Assembly (NCBI GenBank): GCA_963797095.1
Contig: CAWCNY010000001.1
Location: 96,001-160,000 of the forward strand
Direction: 5' to 3'
Length of the DNA stretch: 64,000 nucleotides
DNA from: an uncultured Chloroflexia bacterium
Lineage (GTDB): Bacteria > Chloroflexota > Chloroflexia > QHBQ01 > JADMIH01
Shown: positions 49,964-59,757 of the stretch, piece by piece
Position numbering within the stretch: the first letter of the stretch is position 1
Layout: each line of letters starts with the position of its first letter
Notes under the pieces: model-generated
The model's input: only the letters and a program-made list of their open reading frames with translations
Told to the model about the DNA's origin: nothing
Databases searched by the model: none
Position numbers and translations under genes: made by a program

Positions 49964-50641
49964 ATGCTTTATCTTGTCGCTACGCCTATTGGCAATTTGG
50001 GAGATATGACTTTGCGGGCTATTGAGACTTTGAAGTCGGTGGACTTGATCGCCAGCGAGGATACCCGCAAGACCGGGATGCTGCTGAAGCACTTTGGGAT
50101 CGAGAAGCAGCAGATGCCGTTCCACGAGCACAATGAGGAGAGGGCCGGGGGGCGGATTATCGAGTTGTTGAAGTACGGGAAGAATGTGGCGTTGGTGACG
50201 GATGCGGGCACGCCGGGGATCTCGGACCCGGGGTTCTCGGTGGTGAGGCGGGCGCTGGCGGAGGGGTTGGAGGTTACGATGGTGCCGGGGGCGGCGGCTT
50301 TTGTGATGGCGGTGGTGCTGTCGGGGTTGCCTGTGCACAGCTTTACGTTCAAAGGGTTCGGGCCGCGCAAGCCGGGGCCGCGCAAGAAGTGGATGGCGGT
50401 GGATGCGGAGTCGCCGCATACGCTGGTGTTCTATGAGAGTCCGTACAGACTGAAGGCGTTTCTGGAGGATGCGCTGGAGGTTTACGGGGACAGGCAGGCG
50501 GCGCTGGCCCACGAGTTGACCAAGATGTTCGAGTCGGTGGAGCGCGGGACGATCTCGGAGTTGCTGGCGGGGTTGACGGAACAGAAGTTGCGGGGGGAGC
50601 ATGTGGTGGTGATTGGTGGGTTGGTAGTCGGCAGCCGGTAG
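49964..50641 (+). CDS. rsmI: 16S rRNA (cytidine1402-2'-O)-methyltransferase
   Basis: [42 protein letters not shown]. Confidence 0.95.
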   Translation: MLYLVATPIGNLGDMTLRAIETLKSVDLIASEDTRKTGMLLKHFGIEKQQMPFHEHNEERAGGRIIELLKYGKNVALVTDAGTPGISDPGFSVVRRALAEGLEVTMVPGAAAFVMAVVLSGLPVHSFTFKGFGPRKPGPRKKWMAVDAESPHTLVFYESPYRLKAFLEDALEVYGDRQAALAHELTKMFESVERGTISELLAGLTEQKLRGEHVVVIGGLVVGSR

Positions 50642-50761
50642 TCGGTAGTCGGTAGTCGGTAGTCGGAGTTAGAGTTTCTAGCTCCTGGTTCCTGGTTCCT
50701 GGTTCGGGCTGTAAGGTATCGTTTAAGGTTTACCGGCTACTGATTGTGAGGAGTGAGAGAT

Positions 50762-51718
50762 ATGAGTTGGGGACGATTTTTCAAGCTGATACAGTTGGCG
50801 TTTAAGGAGTGGAGCGAGGACAATGCGCCTGTGCTTGGGGCGGCTCTGGCTTATTACACTATCTTTTCTATTGGACCGCTGCTGGTGGCTGTGATCGGGA
50901 TCATCGGGTTGGTGCTTGGGCCGGACGCGGCTTCGGGGAAGGTAGCGGATACGCTGACGCAGTACCTGGGCGCGAGCGGTGCCGAAACAGTGCAGGGGAT
51001 TATCGCGGGGGCGAGCAAGCCGACGGAGGGGATTATCGCGACTGTGATCGGGTCGATTGGGGTGGTGTTCGGGGCGATGGCGATCTTCGGGCAGTTGAAG
51101 AACGCGCTTAATGTGATATGGGAGGCACCTAAGCGGGAAGGGGGCGGGATCGGGGCGACGATCGCTCAGAACGTGGCGATGTTCGCGCTGGTGGTGGCTT
51201 CGGCGCTGGTGTTGTTGCTGTCGCTGGCGGCTACGGCGGTTATCTCGTCGATTGAAAAGATCGTGGGGCAGGTGCTGCCGGGCGGGCCGGTTGTATGGCA
51301 ATTGCTGAATTACGTGGTGTCGCTGGGGTTAGTGACCGTGATGTTCGCGATCATCTTCAAGGTGCTGCCGGATGTGAGTATCGCGTGGAAGGATGTGTGG
51401 CTTGGGAGTTTTATCACGGCGCTGCTGTTTTTGGTGGGGCAGATATTGATCGGGATATATGTGGCGTTGACCAATGTGGGGTCGTCGTATGGGGCGGCTA
51501 GCTCGCTGGTGGCGATCCTTGTGTACATTTATTACTCGGCGCAGATTGTGTTCCTGGGGGCAGAGATCACGCAGGTGTACGCGAATATGTTCGGGTCGCA
51601 CGTGGGGCTGAAGAAGGAGTGGGGGTTCAGGTTGCAGATGCTTCGGCGCAAAGGTGGGGATCAGGAGGAGGCGAAAGAGAAGCGGCCTGTGAGGTCGTCG
51701 CCGTGGTTTGGGGGGTAG
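50762..51718 (+). CDS. YihY/virulence factor BrkB family membrane protein (second paralog)
   Basis: AALAYYTIFSIGP, QLKNALNVIWE, FKVLPD, YYSAQIVFLGAE. Confidence 0.92.
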   Translation: MSWGRFFKLIQLAFKEWSEDNAPVLGAALAYYTIFSIGPLLVAVIGIIGLVLGPDAASGKVADTLTQYLGASGAETVQGIIAGASKPTEGIIATVIGSIGVVFGAMAIFGQLKNALNVIWEAPKREGGGIGATIAQNVAMFALVVASALVLLLSLAATAVISSIEKIVGQVLPGGPVVWQLLNYVVSLGLVTVMFAIIFKVLPDVSIAWKDVWLGSFITALLFLVGQILIGIYVALTNVGSSYGAASSLVAILVYIYYSAQIVFLGAEITQVYANMFGSHVGLKKEWGFRLQMLRRKGGDQEEAKEKRPVRSSPWFGG

Positions 51719-51853
51719 GGTTGTTCTAACATCCGATTTACGTATATCACGTTCATAGGCGAACAACAGTGGATGTTGCAGCAGTGGCTTGGTGCCTTGC
51801 AATATAGGCTGACGACAGACTGAAGATATTCGCAAGCCTGGGCTAAGGCTTAG

Positions 51854-52400
51854 CTAATCCTGCTTGAACAGAACAGAGTTGGGAAGCTTGCGTGCCCCGT
51901 ATCCTGACATATCCGCCAATGCTACAATTTTGGCAATCTGCCCCCTCGTAGCCGAGTTTGCAGGTCCAAACGTGCCAACTCCATACCCGTCCACTATTCC
52001 CTGGGCGTGAGCGGTTTCTATGTACTGGTAGAAAGTGCTACCTGTTGGTGCATCAGTGAATGTGGGAGAGGGAGGGTCGTGGAGAGGCCAGCCCCACGCC
52101 AGCGCCACAATCTTGCTCATCTGTCCTCTTGTTGTGGTGGCGTAGGGTCTGTACGTGCTATCAGGGTACCCGCTCACCGCTCCTCGGCAGTACAGATACT
52201 GCACTCCTTCGTAGAAGTAGTCGGAGGGAGATACATCCGTGAACGGCAGCACACAGATAGTAGCTACAGGTGTTGAGCTAGGTATGGCGGTGGCTGTGGG
52301 GCTGGGTGCGGTAGCCGTTTCTGTACCTGTAGCTGTGGTTGTCGGGATAAGAGTTTGTGTACGAGTGGGTATGTTGTGAGTATTCGGGGTATTGGAAGGG
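51854..52400 (-). pseudogene. Fragment of an SLH-domain protein
   Basis: FTDVSPSDYFYEGVQYL..RGAVSGYPD, TRGQMSKIV, FYQYIETA; no plausible N-terminus. Confidence 0.7.
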
Positions 52401-52584
52401 GCACCAAGAGGCGTGGAGGTGGAGGCCGGTATAGAACTTGGTGGAGGATTTGGAGCGGGTAGCCGAGGCGCTCGGAGGCGGCAGCTATCTGGAGGGTGCA
52501 GCCGGGCCGGAACATGTCGTCGCGTGCCACGAAGTTGGGGACGGTGCGGGGGGCTAGCAGTTCCCATCCCCCAAACAGCGCGTT

Positions 52585-53274
52585 GGCGATGATCGGCGGA
52601 TCGGCGTCTCTCAGGTGATAGAAGAGAACAAGGGCAGCGCGCGAGTGCGTAAAGTTATCGAGTCCCCGCACTTTCACTCTGTATCTGAGGCTGCTGTTGG
52701 ACTTGTGGTTCGGCGGCAGCGCCACCACCGACTTGAACGCCCGCGCCTGGGGCGACCAGATCAGCTTCTTCGCCACCGTGATCGTAGTGGGCTTTGAGGA
52801 AGTGGGCGAGGCATTCAGCCGGGATCTGATCGGCGGCTTGAGCTGGGCGCTTGGAGCAAGCATTACTGCGGGCGTGCTGGTAGCGTACCACCTCACGACG
52901 ATGATAGGCGACCAGCGGGCCAGAGTGCTTGTGCCCTTGCCCATATGTATACCGAGCGTGGGCGAGCCTGTGGAGGAAGTTGGGCCGAAGGCCGTGCCTG
53001 AGTTTGGGCCAATAGAGGTAGATGGAGCAGAGGCAGCGATCCTGTTGCTGCGCGGCAAGCATTCCGCCGACGTAGCTCGGGCATCGCAGCGTTGCAAGAG
53101 CAGCTACCTGATGATTTCAGCCTCGATGTGCTCCCCGTCCCAGGCATTACTCCAGCCGAACTGGCTGCATGGCTCGCCCTCCGCCAGCCCGAACTGAACG
53201 CTGGCCCAACCTATCCCTCTCCTACGCCTCCTATGCCTCCTACCCCCGCGGCCGCGGTGCCTACCAGAATGTAG
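52585..53274 (+). pseudogene. Decayed membrane-protein gene (DUF5671-like fragments)
   Basis: Hydrophobic pieces (AWGDQISFFATVIVVG, LSWALGASITAGVLVAYHL) spread over broken frames. Confidence 0.4.
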
Positions 53275-53611
53275 GAGGCGGTACTCATCGGCGGCACGAT
53301 GAGCACCAGTTGGCCCGTGTCGCTGCGGCACCAGTGCTAGTAGAGCCATCGTGCGAAATGCAGGCGGCGGTCGTCATCAGGCCATTCGGTCAGGTCTAAC
53401 GCTGCTTCGCCTCAATGAGCGCTTCGACCTCGCCGGATGCAAACCCCTCGTGTACCAGATAGTGGATCATCGACAAGCGCTCACGCCGCACCTCAAGCCC
53501 AGCGTGCGCCCCAAGCTCGATCTTGTGGCCATCCCTGTTGCTTTCTCTGGCGCCTTTCCTGCTGCTCTTCGTGAAACCACCTGAACATCTCATGCCTCCT
53601 GGGGGCCTTAC

Positions 53612-54118
53612 CTACACACCTATCTCTGGTGCCGGGGTATATTCATCGCTGGAGTGCTGAAGCGGACGCGATTGCCCAATACGCGACTGTTGTGCAGCGT
53701 GTTGAACATCAACGCCGTCGGGCTGATAGCTCTGGGCGATTGCCACGTTATCTATGCCTTCGTCCCCATAGAGGAACCAGGCGACCGTACGCGCCTCCAC
53801 GATCGAGATAGGTGATAGCGCCTCGATTGGCCCGGTGTACCTGGAACGTTGAAGCCATCCCCCTGGCACGGCTGGGGCAGTGTAAAGCTCGCCATCCGTA
53901 GCTAGCGCGACCCATTCGAGAATGAAAGGCTCCGCAGTATCGAGGAAGACGAGGGGAGCTGGAGCGGTTCGAAATTGCCCTTCGTAGCACCCATCGCATC
54001 CGTAACATCCGTAGCACCCGTAATATTCGTGATATTCGCGATATGCCAGCATCGACATAGGGCTCCTCCTTTCCTTATGTGGTGGGCTCCCATGAGCGAA
54101 TGAGTCATGTGCCCGCAT
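53612..54118 (-). CDS. Hypothetical protein
   Basis: Core ILEWVALATDGELYTAPAVPGGWLQRSRYTG looks protein-like; start probably ATG near 54058 after AAGGAGG. Confidence 0.5.
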   Translation of the reverse strand: MRAHDSFAHGSPPHKERRSPMSMLAYREYHEYYGCYGCYGCDGCYEGQFRTAPAPLVFLDTAEPFILEWVALATDGELYTAPAVPGGWLQRSRYTGPIEALSPISIVEARTVAWFLYGDEGIDNVAIAQSYQPDGVDVQHAAQQSRIGQSRPLQHSSDEYTPAPEIGV

Positions 54119-55229
54119 CTGTGGTTACCCAGCCTGCTGCGTCGAGGGAATGAGAGAGGATAAGCTGGCCAATTCGGCCGGGGCTAAGGTAAGGGAGCGA
54201 AAGCGCGAGAGGAGCGGATGATGCCAGCAGCAAAGCCCGCATGCCCGTAAGGGTTCTTCGGCAGTACTTCTTACCTCGCATCTGCAAAGTAGGTACTGAA
54301 CCGGTATTTGAGAGTGTAGCTGATGGAGGTGGCAAATGGCGTAAAAAGAGGTTGCAGGCTGGTGAATAAGCGCGCCCACCGACGTGATGGTGCCAGGAAT
54401 TTGCAGACGCCGCGCTCTAGCCCGCCTGATGCAACAACGGGTAGCTGGGCCAGCGCGCTTGAGGATAATTGGGAGTGAGAGAACTTCGAGTTCAGCCTTT
54501 CACGATCCGGTAATATACCCGGGGGGGTTTGTGGGCCAGGTACATTATCGTGGACCGGGCCAACCGGCGTACAGGAGCGGCCGAGACTATTTTACGGTGC
54601 CGCTACTATTCGCAAGCGTGGCGGAAGCCAAAGCATCCGCTGTGGGTTATGAAGAGGCCAAGTCAAAGCCGGCCTGCGTGTCGCGCACATTGGAGGCTCG
54701 GCAAAAGCGGTCGAAGAGCTGCGATTGCTGCGATTGCTGCCCTTTGGCTATACCCAGGCCATAGTCGCACACCGAGTTCACGGCGTATGGGGAAGACGCC
54801 CCTACACGAGGAGGTCAGTGCTGACCTCGATCCTGCCAAGGAAGCCGCTCGGAGTGGCAATTACAGCAGAACAAATGCTCGCCGGCCAAAGTTGAAACTG
54901 CACGGACTTTCCTTTTCCCGCCGCGATTATTTTAAGCTCAACTTTTACCTATTTACACCTTGTTCGTCACCTCTGTGCGCTAGGATGGATGGTACAAAGC
55001 GGTCGTGCGCTGGCTCTAAGCCGACCAATCTGCACAGTTCGCGGTGTGGGGCAACCAGCCCGGACAGTCCGGACTGTCCGGACTGTCCGATTCTGCCACA
55101 AGCGCTTTCTTGCGTTATTAGTTCGCGCTAATGCGTTCGCATCGGAGCGACATCGACATCTCACCAGCGGGAGGTAACACCGATGCGAACCCTGAGAGCG
55201 TCAAATCCAGACGGGTAATTGGTGGTCGT

Positions 55230-56546
55230 ATGATTGTATCCGGTTTGATAACGCCCGGGCGGGATACGCAAGGACGCCCTGTCGAATCGGCGCGGCATGT
55301 TTGGATACTCCACTACACATGCGCCCCGATCATCGGCGGTGTTGAGAGCGTCATGTCCGAGCATGCTCGTGTAATATCATCCCACGGCCACAGTGTAAAT
55401 CTGATCGCGGGTCGTGGCGCGCCGCAGATCATGATACCCGAGATCAACTCGCTCCATCCGTCTGTGCTGGCCGCGCAGAACGATCTCGCCTCAGGGCTGG
55501 TAACGCCCGAGTTTGAATTGTTGCGCGCTCGAATACGAGGCGTGCTGGCCGCGAAGCTGTCTGCTATCGATGCGCCCGTAGCGCCGGTGGTGTTCGCACA
55601 CAATGTCTTCACGCTGCACAAGAACCTGGCGCTTACTGCTGCCCTGGCCGACCTGGCCAGGGAGGGACGAGCGCAGTTTGTCGCATGGTGCCACGACCTG
55701 GCGTGGACCAACCCCCTCTATCTCTCCGCCCTTCACGAGGGGTTGCCCTGGGATCTGTTGCGGACCCCCTGCCCGGGTGTCGAGTATGTGACGATCTCTG
55801 ACACGCGCAGGCTGGAGTTGGCCGACCTGTTCGGATGGCCGCCGGAGCGGATCAGGTGCGTACCAAATGGGCTGGACGCGACCAGATTCCTGTCGGCGAG
55901 CCAGCAGATGCGCCTGTTGCTCAGGCGCATCGATTGGTGGGAGCGCGACGTGGTGCTGCTGGCTCCTGTGCGCATGACGCAGCGCAAGAACCTGGAGCTT
56001 GCCATTGGCGTGGCGGCCGCCCTGAAAGCGGCGGGGCGCCGTCCTCTGCTGCTGATCACAGGCCCGCCGGGACCCCACAACCCGCGCCACGACTACGCTG
56101 CGTTTCTCTGGGACGTGCGCCAGCGCCTGGGCTTGGAAGACGAGGTGCGCTTCCTCTCAAAGGGATCGTGGCTTCTGAACGGCGTTAGCGACGAGCTTAT
56201 GGGCGAGCTTTACAGGTGGGCTGATGCGCTCATCTTCCCGAGCCTGCAAGAGGGGTTCGGGCTGCCGCTACTGGAGGCGGGGCTGGCCCGGTTGCCCGTG
56301 TTTTGCAGCGACCTGCCGGTGCTGCGCGAGATAGGCGGAGAGGACGTGCACTATTTCGCCCCGGACGCATCGCCCGATTCCGTTGCCTGCCAGGTGCAGA
56401 CGGTACTCGCTGCCCCAGGTGTGGCGGCCTTGCGCCGTCGTGTACTGAGAGAATACCGATGGGAGGAGATCTATCGGGAGGGATTGCAGCCGTTCTTGAG
56501 CCAGGAGGGAGGGGCCGTACATGACAAGTGTTCTACTGTTGCTTGA
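55230..56546 (+). CDS. Family 4 glycosyltransferase, possibly mannosylglucosylglycerate-synthase-like
   Basis: HY..P..GGVE, HN..TLHKN, WCHD, RKNLE, FPSLQEGFGLPLLEAG; directly upstream of GpgS; start uncertain. Confidence 0.85.
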   Translation: MIVSGLITPGRDTQGRPVESARHVWILHYTCAPIIGGVESVMSEHARVISSHGHSVNLIAGRGAPQIMIPEINSLHPSVLAAQNDLASGLVTPEFELLRARIRGVLAAKLSAIDAPVAPVVFAHNVFTLHKNLALTAALADLAREGRAQFVAWCHDLAWTNPLYLSALHEGLPWDLLRTPCPGVEYVTISDTRRLELADLFGWPPERIRCVPNGLDATRFLSASQQMRLLLRRIDWWERDVVLLAPVRMTQRKNLELAIGVAAALKAAGRRPLLLITGPPGPHNPRHDYAAFLWDVRQRLGLEDEVRFLSKGSWLLNGVSDELMGELYRWADALIFPSLQEGFGLPLLEAGLARLPVFCSDLPVLREIGGEDVHYFAPDASPDSVACQVQTVLAAPGVAALRRRVLREYRWEEIYREGLQPFLSQEGGAVHDKCSTVA

Positions 56547-58799
56547 CAGCATCGCGCGTAGTGGGTTAGTGTCCCTCGACGTAAGCGCAATCGACAGCTA
56601 TGAGGTCCATGGGAACCGCACGAACGACGCATGCAGCGTAAGCGCTCCCGGCGCGTTCGGACTCCTGCTTGACCTGGCATGCTCGCTGGCCGCGGATTTG
56701 GGCGCCAATGTGAGGGTGCTCTCGGTGATCGAAGCGCAGGCAAACGAGTCGCTCAGCATGAGCGCCCTGGCCGCGCAGCATCGCCGCCAGCAGATCGTAA
56801 GCTGGATACGCACAACCGCCCGGGCTCTCAACGAACAGTGGGCAACTACCGATAGGAGGGGGGCAACCGGGACCCCGACGGAAGAGGAGCGCGAAGCCCA
56901 GAGTGAGCGTGGAGAAAAGGGCGAGGGAAAGGGCGAGGATGGACCCTCGGAAAATGTCCGGGGCGAGTCGGGAAGCCCGCTGCTACCGGACATCCAGCCC
57001 CTGGTGAGCGTCAGCGCCGCAGGTAGCTACCGGCGCGAGGTAGCCGAGGCGATACGACGACACGATGGACGCTTGCTCGTGTCAGCCTGGGGAGAGGAGG
57101 GGGCTACCGCCGGCGGTTCAGCCAACGGCTCAGCCTTTATGCAGAGCGAATTCCCTTGCGATATCGTTATGGTACGGCCCGCGAAATGCGACTCGGAAGG
57201 CAAGAGCGAGGGGAGGAACGAGGCAATCCGTGGCAATGGCAGTTGCGCCGGGGATGGGCAGGAGGTGCGGCACCTCGGGCAGGCGCGGATACTGGTACCT
57301 GCCCGCGGCGGCCCGCACGCGGGCCTGGCTGTGCGGGTAGCGGCCTCGCTGGAGAGCCACCGGGGTGGCGAACTTGCCTTGCTACACGTCTTGGAACAGG
57401 ATCTGCCCGAACGACAGCGTCTGCGGGAGGAACGGCCATTCCGAGCGATGCTGGAGCAGGCCAACCTGCCTGCAGATACGCCGCAGTTGTGGGCGGTGGG
57501 CCGGTCCATCCCAGGTGCTATTCTCCAGCACGCACGTAACTTCGATGTGCTGGTTTTGGGTGCTCCCACCGTGCTGCTCGGCGACAAACGGACCCTTGGG
57601 CCCGTCGTTTCGGCAGTGCTCAAGAGAGCCAGCGTGACCGTCATGGTAGTGAACACGGCCACACCTGCCGAGGCTGCTATTCGGTCTCAATTGCGGAGTC
57701 GTGCGTTCGACCGTGACCTCGACCCTGAGGCCTTGTCGATGGTGGTGGATAAGTGGTTCGCGGAGAACAACTTCAACGCCGAAGAGTACTCCGATCTTGA
57801 GCGCCTGCTTGAGTGGAAACGGCAGCGCAGGCTCACCATCAGCCTGGGCCTTCCCACCCTGAACGAGGAGGCCACAATCGGCGGCGTGATAACCGCGCTG
57901 AAAGGTGCACTCTTCGATGATGTGCCGCTCCTGGACGAGCTCGTGGTGATAGACAGTCGGTCCACCGACCGCACCAGGGAGATCGCGCAATCGCTCGGGG
58001 TACCTGTCGTGGTTCACCAGGATATTCTGCGGGAGGCGGGGCCGCCTCTGCGCGGCAAAGGTGAGGCGCTCTGGAAGAGCCTGCATGTGCTCAAAGGAGA
58101 CCTCATCGCCTGGGTTTATACCGACGTTTCGAATATGCACCCCAGGTTCGTTTACGGGTTGCTTGGACCATTGCTGCAGGAGCCTCGCCTGGCCTATGTG
58201 AAAGGCTACTACCACCGGCCACTTGTGGTCGGGGACAAGCTGGAGCTCGAGGGCGGAGGCAGGGTTACGGAGCTAACGGTGCGCCCCCTGTTCAACCTCT
58301 TCTTCCCTATGCTCTCCGGTTTCGTGCAGCCGCTGGCCGGCGAGTATGCAGGGAGGCGCGACGTACTGGAGAGGCTGCCTTTTTCAGCGGCTACGGTGTG
58401 GAGACCGGCCTGTTGATAGACCTGCTCGAAGAGTACGGCCTGTCGACCATCGGGCAGGTCAACCTTGGCGAGCGGGTGCACCGGAACCAGAGCCTGCCCA
58501 ACCTGAGCCTGATGGCATTCGCGCTCGTGCAGGTGATCCTCAGCCGTTTGGAGGAGCAGGCGCGCGTGAGCCTGATCGAGGAAGTGAACAGGAGCATGAA
58601 GCTCATTCGCTTTGCGCCCAACCAACTCTCGCTCGAACTACGCTACGTCTCGGACGTTGAGCGCCCACCGATCCATACCATCTCCGCATACCGCAAGGCC
58701 ATGGCTGCCCACAGGCTACAGCGGTCGCAGGGTGCCGCCCCGGTTGAGACCGGGCTGCGCCGAGATCTGCCCGCTCGGCGCAACTCCGTAGTGACGTGA
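56521..58799 (+). pseudogene. gpgS: Universal-stress-protein domains fused to glucosyl-3-phosphoglycerate synthase; frameshift near 58381 and broken DxD motif
   Basis: ILVPARGGPHA USP; LPTLNEE, GKGEALW, GGRVTEL, QPLAGEYAGRR; LPF|FSGYGVETGLL split by one missing T; WVYTD in place of WVDTD. Confidence 0.85.
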
Positions 58800-59683
58800 T
58801 CATAGCATGTTGGGCACTGGGCTATGAATTGGATATCGAAAGGAGTGCATGAAAATGAAAGGTAACGAGAAGCTGCTAACGGTGCTCAACCATCTGCTGG
58901 CCGATGAGCTAACTGCCATCAGCCAGCAGATGGTGCACTCAGAGATGTGCGAGAGTTGGGGCTACGGCAAACTGCACGAAGCCATTGAGCACCAGGCTAT
59001 CGACGAGATGCACCATGCCGAATGGCTTATCCAGCGCATCATCTTCCTGGAGGGCACCCCCGTCGTGTCCCAACTCAACCCGATACAGATCGGTAAGAGT
59101 GTGGCGGAATTTATCGGCAATGACACTGAAGCTGAAGTGGGGGCGGTGCGCGCCTACAATGCGGCCATCCGGCTGGCACGTGAGGCCGAAGACCAGGCTA
59201 CCGCTGACTTGCTAATCACAATCCTCAAGATGGAAGAGGGTCATCTGGACTGGGGGGAGAAGCAGCGGGCCCAAATCGAGCAGATGGGACTTGAGAGCTA
59301 CCTGAGCACCCAGCTGACGTAGCGGCGCGACCCCGGCGGCGCTTACTACCTGGCCACCGTCATCCCCCGGCGCAACCGAATGGTTCTATGTGCCGAGGTG
59401 CGCCCGCACTAAGGAGGGTTACGGGCCGTGCGCGCCATACGCCGGGACCGGCATCCTGGGAATACCACGCCACCTGCGCCTGTTGGAATGGATCCCCGAG
59501 CCGGTCCTGAAGTTAGGCTTTCGCCTCTGCTTCGACGCTTACCGCATGGCATGGCAGCCCGCAGGCTACAGCGGTCGCAGGGTGCTACCCCGGTTGAGAC
59601 CGGACCACGCTGGGACTTGCCGGCCCGGAGCCACTCCATCGTGAGGTAACTCTGGCATGTCGACCTGGGAATCGAAAGGAGTG
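58686..59683 (+). repeat. Diverged ~150-bp direct repeats flanking bfr (58686-58847 and 59537-59683)
   Basis: Both contain CAGGCTACAGCGGTCGCAGGGTGC...CCCCGGTTGAGACCGG and end in ATCGAAAGGAGTG. Confidence 0.85.
58849..59322 (+). CDS. bfr: Bacterioferritin
   Basis: MKG, ELTA, DEMHHAE (heme Met), RIIFLEG, EEGH ferroxidase residues; usual QY is QQ. Confidence 0.93.
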   Translation: MKMKGNEKLLTVLNHLLADELTAISQQMVHSEMCESWGYGKLHEAIEHQAIDEMHHAEWLIQRIIFLEGTPVVSQLNPIQIGKSVAEFIGNDTEAEVGAVRAYNAAIRLAREAEDQATADLLITILKMEEGHLDWGEKQRAQIEQMGLESYLSTQLT

Positions 59684-59757
59684 AATTGGTCACCGAGTAG
59701 GCGTGAAGTGAAGGGGCCGCATTGTGGCAGTGAGAGTCTCAGAAGAGAAAGGTAAAG

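Noticed and set aside
46339-50602. Long Pro/Arg-rich ORFs (46339-47760, N-terminal extensions of 48258-49892 and 48983-50602)
   Set aside because: Alternative-frame artefacts of C-rich codon bias; the real genes start at 47501, 48986 and 49942
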